Shown one piece after another: positions 15,547-22,772 of a stretch of 64,000 nt of DNA; the first letter of the stretch is position 1; each line of letters opens with the position of its first letter. The DNA is from Gemmatimonadota bacterium. Lineage in GTDB: Bacteria > Gemmatimonadota > Gemmatimonadetes > Gemmatimonadales > GWC2-71-9. The notes under the pieces are model-generated. The model had not been told where the DNA came from. It saw only the letters and a list, made by a program, of their open reading frames with translations, and did not search any database. The stretch covers positions 1,426,880 to 1,490,879 of the forward strand of contig PNAE01000007.1 in assembly GCA_003169895.1 (NCBI GenBank), read 5' to 3'. The position numbers and the translations under genes were made by a program.

Positions 15547-17832
15547 TCATTGGATGAAATTCAACCGCTTCATCAGCGCAGCGAACCGCGGGTCAGATCG
15601 CAGCGGATCGAAGGTCCAGTCCACCTTCAGCCAGACCATTTGCTGCGAATTGGCCACATAGGCCTGCTCGAGATAGTCGAGCGCGCGAGCGTGATCGCCG
15701 AGGCCGAGATACACCAGTGCCAGGTTGTACGGCGCGACCTTTCCGCCAGGCGAAATCTTCTTCAACTCCCCAAGAGTCACCATCGCGCCGGCGCGATCAC
15801 CCGACTTCCCCTGGGCGTACGCCAGATTGGCGGTCACGAACGGCGGGGCACCCAAGGTCAGCGATTGCTTCAATTTCTCGATCGCCTCGCGGAAATTGCC
15901 CACGTGCAGCGCCATGATCCCTTCCTGCTCGACCGGGAAGTAGAAGGTTGGGTCGAGATCCGCTGCCTTCCGGTCCAGCTCCAGGGCTTTTGCCGTCCGG
16001 CCCGAGAATTCGAGTGACGCCACCTCATCGATCAGGATCGACGGCGAGAGCGGATCCAGCGCCATGGCGCGCTGGCCTTCGGCGATCGCCTCGTCGAAGC
16101 GCCCGATGAGCCCCAGCATCAGGCCGAACTGGTCGTGTGCGAAGGCATAATTGGGATTCAGGGCGATTGCCCGGCGGAGCTCCTGCTCGCTCCCGTCCCA
16201 ATCGTAGTCGAACCACGCCTTGAAGACGCCGAGCGATGTATGCGCCTCGGCCGACATGCTGTCGAGCGCTACCGCGCGTTCGGCGGTTTCCTTCGCTCTC
16301 GGCTTCGCATCGGCGACGGAAATGAATCCTTCGTTGAACGCCGCCCAAGTGTAGGCATCCGACAGCCCCGAGTACGCCGGGACGAACGTCGGGCTCAGCC
16401 TGACCGCAGTATCAAACTGCGCGATCGCCTTCTCAAGGTTTTCATCGCTGGGACGATTGAAGAAATATCGACCCTTGAGATAAGCGTCATGCGCCGCCGG
16501 ATCGACGGTCGGCGCGGCGGAAAGGCGGGACTGCTCGCCCGGCGTGAGCCGCACGTTGATCGCGCTCGCAATGGCCGACGCCAGCTCGGCCTGAAGCGCC
16601 AACACGTCGCTCGAACTGCGCTCGAAGGTCTGGGCCCAGAGGTGCCTGTCGGCGCGAGCGTCGATCAGTTGCGCGTTGATCCGTACCCGGTCGCCGACCC
16701 GGGTCACCGAACCCTCGACGACGGCATCGACGTTGAGGGTCCTGGCGATCGCCGGCGTCGGTGGACGATTGCTCCCCTTGAACTGCATTGCGGACCCACG
16801 CGAGGTGACCCGAAGCTGGCTGATCATCGCCAGGTCACTCGTCAGCTCATCCGTCATGCCCTCGGCGAAGTAGTCCTGGGTGGAATCGGCGGAATAGTTG
16901 TCGAGCGGGAGTACGGCGATCGAGTGGATCGCGGACGTCGGACCAGTGCCGCTCGAGCTCCCGCGTCGCGCGAACAGATACGCCCCGACAATGGCGACGA
17001 AGACGATCCCGACAGCCACCGCAAGCCCCTTCCATCTGCCTGGGCGCGCTTGCGGAGTCGGGGCCGGCGCGGCAGCGGCTCCGCTCGAGAGTGCCTCGGC
17101 AAACTCACGTGCGGTGGCGAACCGATCGATCGGTGCCTTGGCCAGAGCGCGCAAGACGGCCGCGTCGACAGCCGCCGGTACGGTGTCGCGGAGTACGCGC
17201 AACGACATGGCGCGCTCGGTCATCACCTTCGCGATGATCGCCTGGGCCGATGCGCCGGTGACAGGCGGCTCACCGGCGAGCATTTCGTACGTCACCGCCC
17301 CGAGGGCAAAGACGTCGCTGCGAGCGTCGAGGGCGCGCTCTCCGGCGGCTTGTTCGGGGCTCATGTAGCTCGGCGTGCCGAGCGAGAGCCCCGTTCCGGT
17401 GAGGCGGTCGCCGCCGGCCTCGCTCACGGCGAGTGCGATGCCGAAGTCCGTGAGGATCGCCTCGCCTTCGTGCAGCAGAATGTTCTCCGGCTTGATGTCC
17501 CGGTGGATCACGCCGTGGCGGTGGGCGTAGTCGAGCGCCGCAGCGATCTGGCGCGTGATAGTGAGCGCCTCGTCGATCCCGAGCTGCTTCTCCCGTGTGA
17601 GCCTGGCGCGAAGCGATTCTCCGCGCACGAAGGGCATGACATAGAAGAGCGTGCCGTCGACGGTCCCGGAGTCGATCAGCGTCAGGATGTGGGGATGGTC
17701 GAGCCTGGCGGTGATTTTGACTTCCGCGAGGAAGCGTTCTGCCCCGAGTGCCTGGGCGAGCTCGGGACGCAACACCTTGATCGCCACTTCGCGTTCGTGC
17801 TTGAGATCACGGGCGAGATAGACCGTGGCCAT
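15547..17832 (-). CDS. Ser/Thr protein kinase with TM segment, TolB-N-like domain and C-terminal TPR repeats (true start probably upstream, CTG at 17913)
   Basis: HRDIKPENILL, DFGIA, YMSPEQ; IAVLPLDNYSADSTQDYFAEGMTDEL; TPR repeats (AIALNPNYAFAHDQFG...). The first ATG is the Met inside the GAGGMATVYLA P-loop. The frame continues upstream as LSSDATQRLATALADRYTIERELGAGG with no ATG/GTG/TTG. Confidence 0.88.
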   Translation of the reverse strand: MATVYLARDLKHEREVAIKVLRPELAQALGAERFLAEVKITARLDHPHILTLIDSGTVDGTLFYVMPFVRGESLRARLTREKQLGIDEALTITRQIAAALDYAHRHGVIHRDIKPENILLHEGEAILTDFGIALAVSEAGGDRLTGTGLSLGTPSYMSPEQAAGERALDARSDVFALGAVTYEMLAGEPPVTGASAQAIIAKVMTERAMSLRVLRDTVPAAVDAAVLRALAKAPIDRFATAREFAEALSSGAAAAPAPTPQARPGRWKGLAVAVGIVFVAIVGAYLFARRGSSSGTGPTSAIHSIAVLPLDNYSADSTQDYFAEGMTDELTSDLAMISQLRVTSRGSAMQFKGSNRPPTPAIARTLNVDAVVEGSVTRVGDRVRINAQLIDARADRHLWAQTFERSSSDVLALQAELASAIASAINVRLTPGEQSRLSAAPTVDPAAHDAYLKGRYFFNRPSDENLEKAIAQFDTAVRLSPTFVPAYSGLSDAYTWAAFNEGFISVADAKPRAKETAERAVALDSMSAEAHTSLGVFKAWFDYDWDGSEQELRRAIALNPNYAFAHDQFGLMLGLIGRFDEAIAEGQRAMALDPLSPSILIDEVASLEFSGRTAKALELDRKAADLDPTFYFPVEQEGIMALHVGNFREAIEKLKQSLTLGAPPFVTANLAYAQGKSGDRAGAMVTLGELKKISPGGKVAPYNLALVYLGLGDHARALDYLEQAYVANSQQMVWLKVDWTFDPLRSDPRFAALMKRLNFIQ

Positions 17833-18065
17833 GCCGCCGGCACCGAGCTCGCGCTCGATGGTGTAGCGGTCGGCGAGCGCGGTGGCGAGCCGTTGCGTGG
17901 CGTCAGAACTCAGAGAGTGCCCCGCCGGTCAGGGAGAACAGAGTGCCAGGTGATGCCGGAATTGCTGGGGATGGGGACCCCATGAATATGCCCCCGAACC
18001 GGCGGGTGCGAAGTGAGAGCGGCGAGCGAGGTCGACCCGGCGGGGGGGCGCTCGAGGGTCCTTCG

Positions 18066-18109
18066 AGGTGTCCTCCGGGTGTCCGTTGGGTGTCCGTTGG
18101 GTATCTGCT
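18066..18109. repeat. tandem 11-nt repeat GGGTGTCCGTT (2 perfect + 2 degenerate units)
   Basis: aggtgtcctcc-gggtgtccgtt-gggtgtccgtt-gggtatctgct, located about 150-200 nt upstream of the kinase start. The same 11-mer pair recurs at 30430-30451 upstream of a kinase remnant, followed in both places by GTCGGAATCG. Confidence 0.6.
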
Positions 18110-18356
18110 ATCCCGTCGGAATCGGTGAAATATTGAGGCGGCCGCCCACTGGGCGAAATCCTCACCGACCGGCGGGTGCCAAACGTGGCGATAACTATTG
18201 CGATCTAGCGCGCCAGAACCTGAACCCAGGACCTGTTACGGGCAGAGCAGCGGCGCAGTGACGCCCCACGTCGGCTCGATCGCCAGTCGAGGTGTGTTAT
18301 AGCCGGCCAGGAGCGGAACCGCGGTGATGGCGCCGGTTGCGCGCGACCAGCGCGGC

Positions 18357-18956
18357 TTAGCGCACCACCACGGTATCCGGTCCGGCGACCTTCCGCACAT
18401 GACAGCCGTCGCTCCCGAACGTGTAGCTTGCGCTGAATCCCTTCCCGGCCGCGGTTCCAGTCACGCGGACGGCGTCGCCAGATTCGCGGACCTCGCCCAG
18501 GAAATTGTCGCTGAAGATGTCTACCGTGCCGGCGAGGAACACCGCGTCCTGCGGCACCGCGAACCCATGGCCGGTGCGTACGACGGTGTCGGCGACGGCG
18601 AGTCCCGTCACGGGCTGGCCGGCAGCGTCAACAGCAACGGCCGTGATGTAGGCGAAGATCGCGGTGCACGCGCCGCCGTTGCTGGAAGTGGTGCACGCGC
18701 TCGTTGCGACCGCGAGGAGGAGAAGGCGCCAATGGCGCTCCAGAGGAGCTAGTCGGGTCCTTCCTCCTCCAGCGTGATCGGCGCCCTCCTCGGCGCTCAA
18801 GCGCTGCCATTGCCGGATCAGTTGCGGGGCCACCGCCAGTTCCCGGGCCAGTTCGGCGACGGTGAGTTCCTGGCGGCCTAAGCGCGCGACCTGCTCCTGC
18901 CTGAACTGCGGCGTGACGACCCGACGACCATCCGCCTTGCGGCGATGCGTTTCCAT
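18357..18956 (-). pseudogene. chimeric ORF: IS3-family OrfA (HTH) N-terminal fragment fused in frame to a lipoprotein-like C-terminal domain
   Basis: The N-terminal ~55 aa (RRVVTPQFRQEQVARLGRQELTVAELARELAVAPQLIRQWQRL) look like IS3/IS911 OrfA. This is followed by a signal/lipobox-like RLLLLAVATSAC and a ~125-aa Gly/Val/Thr-rich domain. No OrfB and no IS ends are present. Confidence 0.4.
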
Positions 18957-19191
18957 CCGACGACCCTCCGGTGGGAAGTAAACCTACGCTTCCCAAAGTG
19001 CCTCGGCGAATTGGGGTACAGACCAAACCCGAGTTTCGACCAATGAGACTCGTGGCGTCATCACGGCCCCTTCACGGCGGCCCGCAATCCCGCGACATTG
19101 TACAACCGGCCACCGCGAATCACCAACTCCGACTTTCGCAAGTCGCTCACGTGCGCTGCGGGCCGTCCATTCACGACAATGAGATCGGCGA

Positions 19192-19365
19192 TCTTGCGGC
19201 AAATCTTTGAGGTCGACCCGCTCCGGTGCCCGTGCTGCCACGGGACCATGTGGATCATCGCGTGCATCACCCAGACGGCGGTGATCGATCAGATCCTCAC
19301 CCACCGTGGCACGCCGCGCAGAGCCGCGCTACATGCTCAGAGTCCCGATTGAAATTCCTATCGGG
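19192..19365 (+). mobile_element. IS91/Y2-transposase C-terminal tail remnant, copy a
   Basis: Encodes ...ILRQIFEVDPLRCPCCHGTMWIIACITQTAVIDQILTHRGTPRRAA*, the characteristic zinc-ribbon tail of IS91-family transposases. No catalytic domain lies upstream. It is a near-identical direct repeat of 21435-21594. Confidence 0.6.
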
Positions 19366-19458
19366 CACCGGTATCCGGCGATGTCGTGGCACTGGAGGGT
19401 GTAAACGTCTACTTGCTGACCGGCGTGATACCGTGACGTCCTGGGCTGTACACCGTTG

Positions 19459-19592
19459 TCATCCTGAGCGAAGCGCGCGTCGCGCGCGCAGTCGAAGGAC
19501 CTCGGATCCAGGCGCAGGGACCGACATTTCAGCGCGGAACCGCGGTCCTTCGACTGCGTCGGTGCTTCGCACCGACTTCGCTCAGGATGACA
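19459..19592. repeat. 134-nt imperfect palindromic (MITE/REP-like) element
   Basis: GTCATCCTGAGCGAAG (19459-19474) pairs perfectly with CTTCGCTCAGGATGAC (19577-19592). Inner arms CAGTCGAAGGACC (19490-19502) pair with GGTCCTTCGACTG (19545-19557). It lies 20 nt downstream of the amidohydrolase stop. Confidence 0.6.
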
Positions 19593-19612
19593 TGTTCGGT
19601 GGAGCTAGGCTG

Positions 19613-20809
19613 CTACCGGATGGTCGGGCGCCCCAAAGACAGGTACACCACCCCGCCTTTCATCACGAACTTCACCCGCCGCACCGCCTCGATCTCCTGA
19701 AGCGGGTCGCCGTCGAGCGCGATCAGGTCGGCCTGGTATCCCGGGGCGATCGTTCCGATCACACGGCCGAGTCCCAGAGCATCGGCGTTACGTGAAGTGG
19801 CGGTGACCAGTACCGCCATTGGCGATTGTCCCGCTTCCCGCACCCAGCAGACCAGGTCCTCGGCGTTGCGTCCGTGGGCGCCGGCAGTGGCGTCGGTCCC
19901 GTACAGCACCTTGAGGCCGGGCGTGGCGATGGCGGTGCGCAGCAGGCTCGGCAACTTCGGCAGCATCTGCGTCATCAGCGCGAATCCTTCGGAGTCCAAA
20001 CCGCCGATTCCCTCGAAGCGGGCCCGGTTCTCGAGATAGTTGCGGAGCACCAGCCCGCACTGCGGATCGAAGTACACGCCATGGGCAGCGAGAACATTGA
20101 GGCCCGCGGTGGTGGCGAGAAACCCGTGCTCGACCTCGGTGCAGCCGGCGGCCGCGGCTTGGGCAACGGAGGCATCGTCCTGGGCGTGGATCACCGAGCG
20201 GAGCTTGACCCGGCGGGCCTCGCCGCAGAGGGCCGAGAGCTGCTCGAGCGTGAACACGGGAACGCCGCCATCCCGGACGGCATTGGAGGCGAAAATCTTG
20301 ATGAAATCGGCGCGATCGGCTGCGTGGCGCTGCACCAGGCGCCGGAGTGCGTCGGGCGTCGGCGTAGCGTCGTGGATCTGGGACAGCGATGTCAGGATGC
20401 GGGGGCCGGGAAGGGCGCCGGCGTTGATCTTGTCGCGCAGTTCCCCTTCAATCTCGGCGCCCATGCTCGCGACGGTGGTGAACCCGGCCCGCAAGGTGGC
20501 GAGCAGAAGCGCCGCTCGCGCCGTATCGCGCTGTGGCGCGGTCTCACCATCGTCGGTGTTGGCGAGCCGCCCCTGACGGTTGAAGAATCCGTTGAGGTGG
20601 ACGTGCGCGTCGATCAGGCCGGGGAGGACGGTATAGCGGGAGAGGTCGTAGCTGACGGAGTCACCGCGCCAGGGGGCGACACCGGTGATCCGACCATTGA
20701 CCACGGTGATCACCGCGTCGCGCATCTGGCCGCCCCGACCGTCGAGCAGGAGGCCGGCGCGAAGGGTCACCGGCGCCGGGCGGCAGGAAGCACCGGCGAC
20801 GCCGATCAA
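19613..20809 (-). CDS. metal-dependent amidohydrolase (imidazolonepropionase/Xaa-Pro-dipeptidase-like superfamily), exported; copy 1
   Basis: HxH metal motif PGLIDAHVHL and a C-terminal GYQADLIALDGDPL. By eye it is about 85-90% identical to 53883-55127. The track start is TTG at 20809. Homology to copy 2 (LTVV..KRPA.RALL.FWA...AG.SC signal/lipobox) extends to an in-frame CTG at 20875, 1 nt after the stop of peptide P1. Confidence 0.85.
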   Translation of the reverse strand: MIGVAGASCRPAPVTLRAGLLLDGRGGQMRDAVITVVNGRITGVAPWRGDSVSYDLSRYTVLPGLIDAHVHLNGFFNRQGRLANTDDGETAPQRDTARAALLLATLRAGFTTVASMGAEIEGELRDKINAGALPGPRILTSLSQIHDATPTPDALRRLVQRHAADRADFIKIFASNAVRDGGVPVFTLEQLSALCGEARRVKLRSVIHAQDDASVAQAAAAGCTEVEHGFLATTAGLNVLAAHGVYFDPQCGLVLRNYLENRARFEGIGGLDSEGFALMTQMLPKLPSLLRTAIATPGLKVLYGTDATAGAHGRNAEDLVCWVREAGQSPMAVLVTATSRNADALGLGRVIGTIAPGYQADLIALDGDPLQEIEAVRRVKFVMKGGVVYLSLGRPTIR

Positions 20810-20876
20810 TGCCCAGAAGCAGAGAAGCGCCCGGCTGGCCGGGCGCTTCGTTAGGTCTGCACTGACGACGGTCAGC

Positions 20877-20987
20877 CTACTGGTAGGTGAGGGCGTCTTG
20901 GGCTCCCGAGAGGACCGACGCGCCCAAGGTCAATTGGCTCAGGGTCGCCTCTTCCCGGATTACCGGGGCAACGAACTTCTTCTTCAT
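20877..20987 (-). CDS. 36-aa peptide P1 with lasso-type leader: [36 protein letters not shown]
   Basis: GGAGG lies 4 nt before the ATG (20987). The first 21 residues are conserved in three paralogs despite several synonymous codon changes. The stop TAG (20879-20877) is separated by 1 nt from the amidohydrolase reading frame. Confidence 0.6.
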   Translation of the reverse strand: MKKKFVAPVIREEATLSQLTLGASVLSGAQDALTYQ

Positions 20988-21065
20988 GCTTCCTCCGCGG
21001 AGAATCGGGCCATCGCTACGGCCGGGCCATCCCGGGGCGCGCAGCGAGGACCGCCGGCTTAGACA

Positions 21066-21167
21066 CTAATCAAAGTCACGTGCTCCGGAGATGCCCGGGG
21101 AAGCCAGCGTCAACTGACTCAAGGTCGCTTCTTCCCGGATCACCGGGGCGATGAACTGCTTCCTCAT
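21066..21167 (-). CDS. 33-aa peptide P2 with lasso-type leader: MRKQFIAPVIREEATLSQLTL-ASPGISGARDFD
   Basis: GGAGG lies 4 nt before the ATG (21167). It sits 78 nt upstream of P1 on the same strand. The leader is identical to P1 and P3 from position 10 to 21. Confidence 0.6.
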   Translation of the reverse strand: MRKQFIAPVIREEATLSQLTLASPGISGARDFD

Positions 21168-21197
21168 AGCGCCTCCTCAGGGAATGCCACTTTCGGT

Positions 21198-21226
21198 ATC
21201 ATGGATGACGCTGGAGCCGAGCGCAA
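21198..21226 (-). promoter_or_regulatory. putative sigma70-type promoter of the P2-P1-amidohydrolase cassette (TTGCGC-N17-CATGAT)
   Basis: The minus strand reads CCACTCTTGCGC-tcggctccagcgtcatc-CATGAT, about 30 nt upstream of the P2 ATG. The whole ~90-nt upstream region is conserved with the region upstream of P3 (53693-53782). Confidence 0.4.
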
Positions 21227-21434
21227 GAGTGGCGCGAGGGCAACAGGGTGGTGAGGTTGCAACAGTCCAGCGAGCCAGTCGATCAGGCTGATTGGCCACC
21301 CGGGCGTCGGTCAGTTCCCTCAAGCGGCGGCGGGCGCCGGCGCCAGGCCGAGTCCGTTCTGATCGACGCGCCGGTGCCGATCGTCACCACGCCGCGGCTC
21401 GCGCCCACCGAGGCCAGCCGTCGGTGGGCGGCGT

Positions 21435-21594
21435 TCTTGCGGCAGATCTTTGAGGTCGACCCGCTCCGGTGCCCGTGCTGCCACGGGACCATGCGGATCA
21501 TCGCGTGCATCACACCCGAACCGCATGCGGGCTCGTGGCACGCCGCGCAGAGCCGCGCTACATTCTCAGAGTCCCGATTGAAATTCCTATCGGG
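21435..21594 (+). mobile_element. IS91/Y2-transposase C-terminal tail remnant, copy b (internally deleted)
   Basis: Encodes ...WAAFLRQIFEVDPLRCPCCHGTMRIIACIT... The DNA is near-identical to 19192-19270 and 19306-19365, with the segment between them replaced. The shared 3' end is CTCAGAGTCCCGATTGAAATTCCTATCGGG. Confidence 0.6.
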
Positions 21595-21789
21595 TCGCCG
21601 ATGGGATCCGCATTACGCGGACACTTGGTCGAGGCGGTGCCACGGAACGGCGAGTGACGCTCGGCACGGTCGGGGCTCGACACTGGAGCTCGCTGCGGTC
21701 GGCACAAGCGTCGGAGTCGATTGTCCTCCTCGCCAAGGAGTCCCGATCATGATCATGCGCTTCAACCGTCCCGTCGCCGCTATCTTCGC

Positions 21790-22116
21790 GTGCTCGTGCA
21801 TCGCCGCATCGCCGCATCGCTGCTCGCGTGCAGGGACAACACCTCTGACGGCCCGGCGAAGTGCCGGAGTACGCTCAGCCTGTTTACGTCACCCGCGCCT
21901 GGAACGGTGACGCTGAAAGGGCAATTCTACGCGGATGAATCGATCCTGATCTACGACTTCGCAACCAACTCGATCGTTGCGCAAGGAACGCCCGCCACCG
22001 ATCGCACCAGCTTCACGCTCACGGGACTACCGAGCGGCCAGCGCGATTACCTCATCAAGGCGTCATGCGCGAACGGTCAGGAAACAATCGACGAGGGTGT
22101 TTTCACCGTGTCGTGA
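21790..22116 (+). CDS. small putative lipoprotein (108 aa)
   Basis: An in-frame GTG at 21790 gives MLVHRRIAASLLAC (lipobox LLAC). A beta-rich domain follows (GTVTLKGQFYADESILIYDF...SFTLTGLPSGQRDYLIKASC). The track ORF starts earlier, at 21721. Confidence 0.45.
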   Translation: MLVHRRIAASLLACRDNTSDGPAKCRSTLSLFTSPAPGTVTLKGQFYADESILIYDFATNSIVAQGTPATDRTSFTLTGLPSGQRDYLIKASCANGQETIDEGVFTVS

Positions 22117-22319
22117 GGTGTTGGCGTACGATCCGCGGGCGGCAACCCCCTCACCTATCTCGTCGACGTGCTGCGAAGCCTGATGGTGGTGGGCGCGGTC
22201 AGCGCCACCGGCGTCGGACGGGACTTTGCCGTCCTCGGCGCGTTGGGGTCGAACTGCTGATCGCGCTCGCGGCGCGATTCTACGCCGGCCTGGCGCAGTA
22301 GGTCACGGAGACCATCGCG

Positions 22320-22772
22320 ATGCTTGTGCGCCTGATCGTCAACGGGGAGGTGAAGGAACTTGAGGTTCCGACGGGGCGGAGCCTGCTCGCCGTGCTGCGA
22401 GACGACCTCGACCTCACCGGCGCCAAGTACGGCTGTAGCCATGGCGGCTGCGGCGCCTGCATGGTGCTCGTCGATGGCGAGGCGACGCCGTCGTGCGTGA
22501 CTCCGGCGGAGACCATCGTGGGCAGGCAGATCGTCACGATCGAGGGCCTCGCCGCCGGGGCGACACTTCATCCGGTTCAACAGGCATTCCTGGATGAAGA
22601 TGCCATGCAGTGCGGTTACTGCACGACCGGCATGGTGATTAACGCCGTCGCGTTGTTGCAGCGGATCGCCACGCCGTCCGAGCGGCAGATCCGCGAGGCA
22701 CTTGCCGCCAACCTTTGTCGATGCGGCGTCTACCAGCGGGCCATTCGCGCCGTGCAGCGGGCGTCACGATGA
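22320..22772 (+). CDS. (2Fe-2S)-binding small subunit of a molybdenum hydroxylase (IorA/CoxS-like)
   Basis: Two [2Fe-2S] cysteine clusters: GCSHGGCGACMV and QCGYCTTGMV...CRCGVY. Confidence 0.9.
   Translation: MLVRLIVNGEVKELEVPTGRSLLAVLRDDLDLTGAKYGCSHGGCGACMVLVDGEATPSCVTPAETIVGRQIVTIEGLAAGATLHPVQQAFLDEDAMQCGYCTTGMVINAVALLQRIATPSERQIREALAANLCRCGVYQRAIRAVQRASR

Noticed and set aside
18066-18109. Tandem 11-mers as a mini CRISPR or other spacer-repeat array.
   Set aside because: The units are directly adjacent with no spacers, are only 11 nt long, and number 2-4 copies. No cas genes are present anywhere in the window.
18200-18262. A tRNA-like stretch on the minus strand (GGTCCTGGGTTCAGGTTCTGGCGCGC) that might be a tRNA gene or att site.
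   Set aside because: The T-stem would need three G-U pairs, there is no D-arm or proper anticodon arm, and the acceptor halves do not pair. At best it is a badly decayed fragment and it cannot be called.
20877-21167. Calling P1/P2/P3 bona fide lasso peptides.
   Set aside because: The leader spacing fits, but the cores are 11-15 aa with the first Asp/Glu at position 9-10 and tails of 1-5 aa. No cyclase, RRE or protease genes are nearby. They are therefore kept only as 'lasso-type leader, unknown maturation'.
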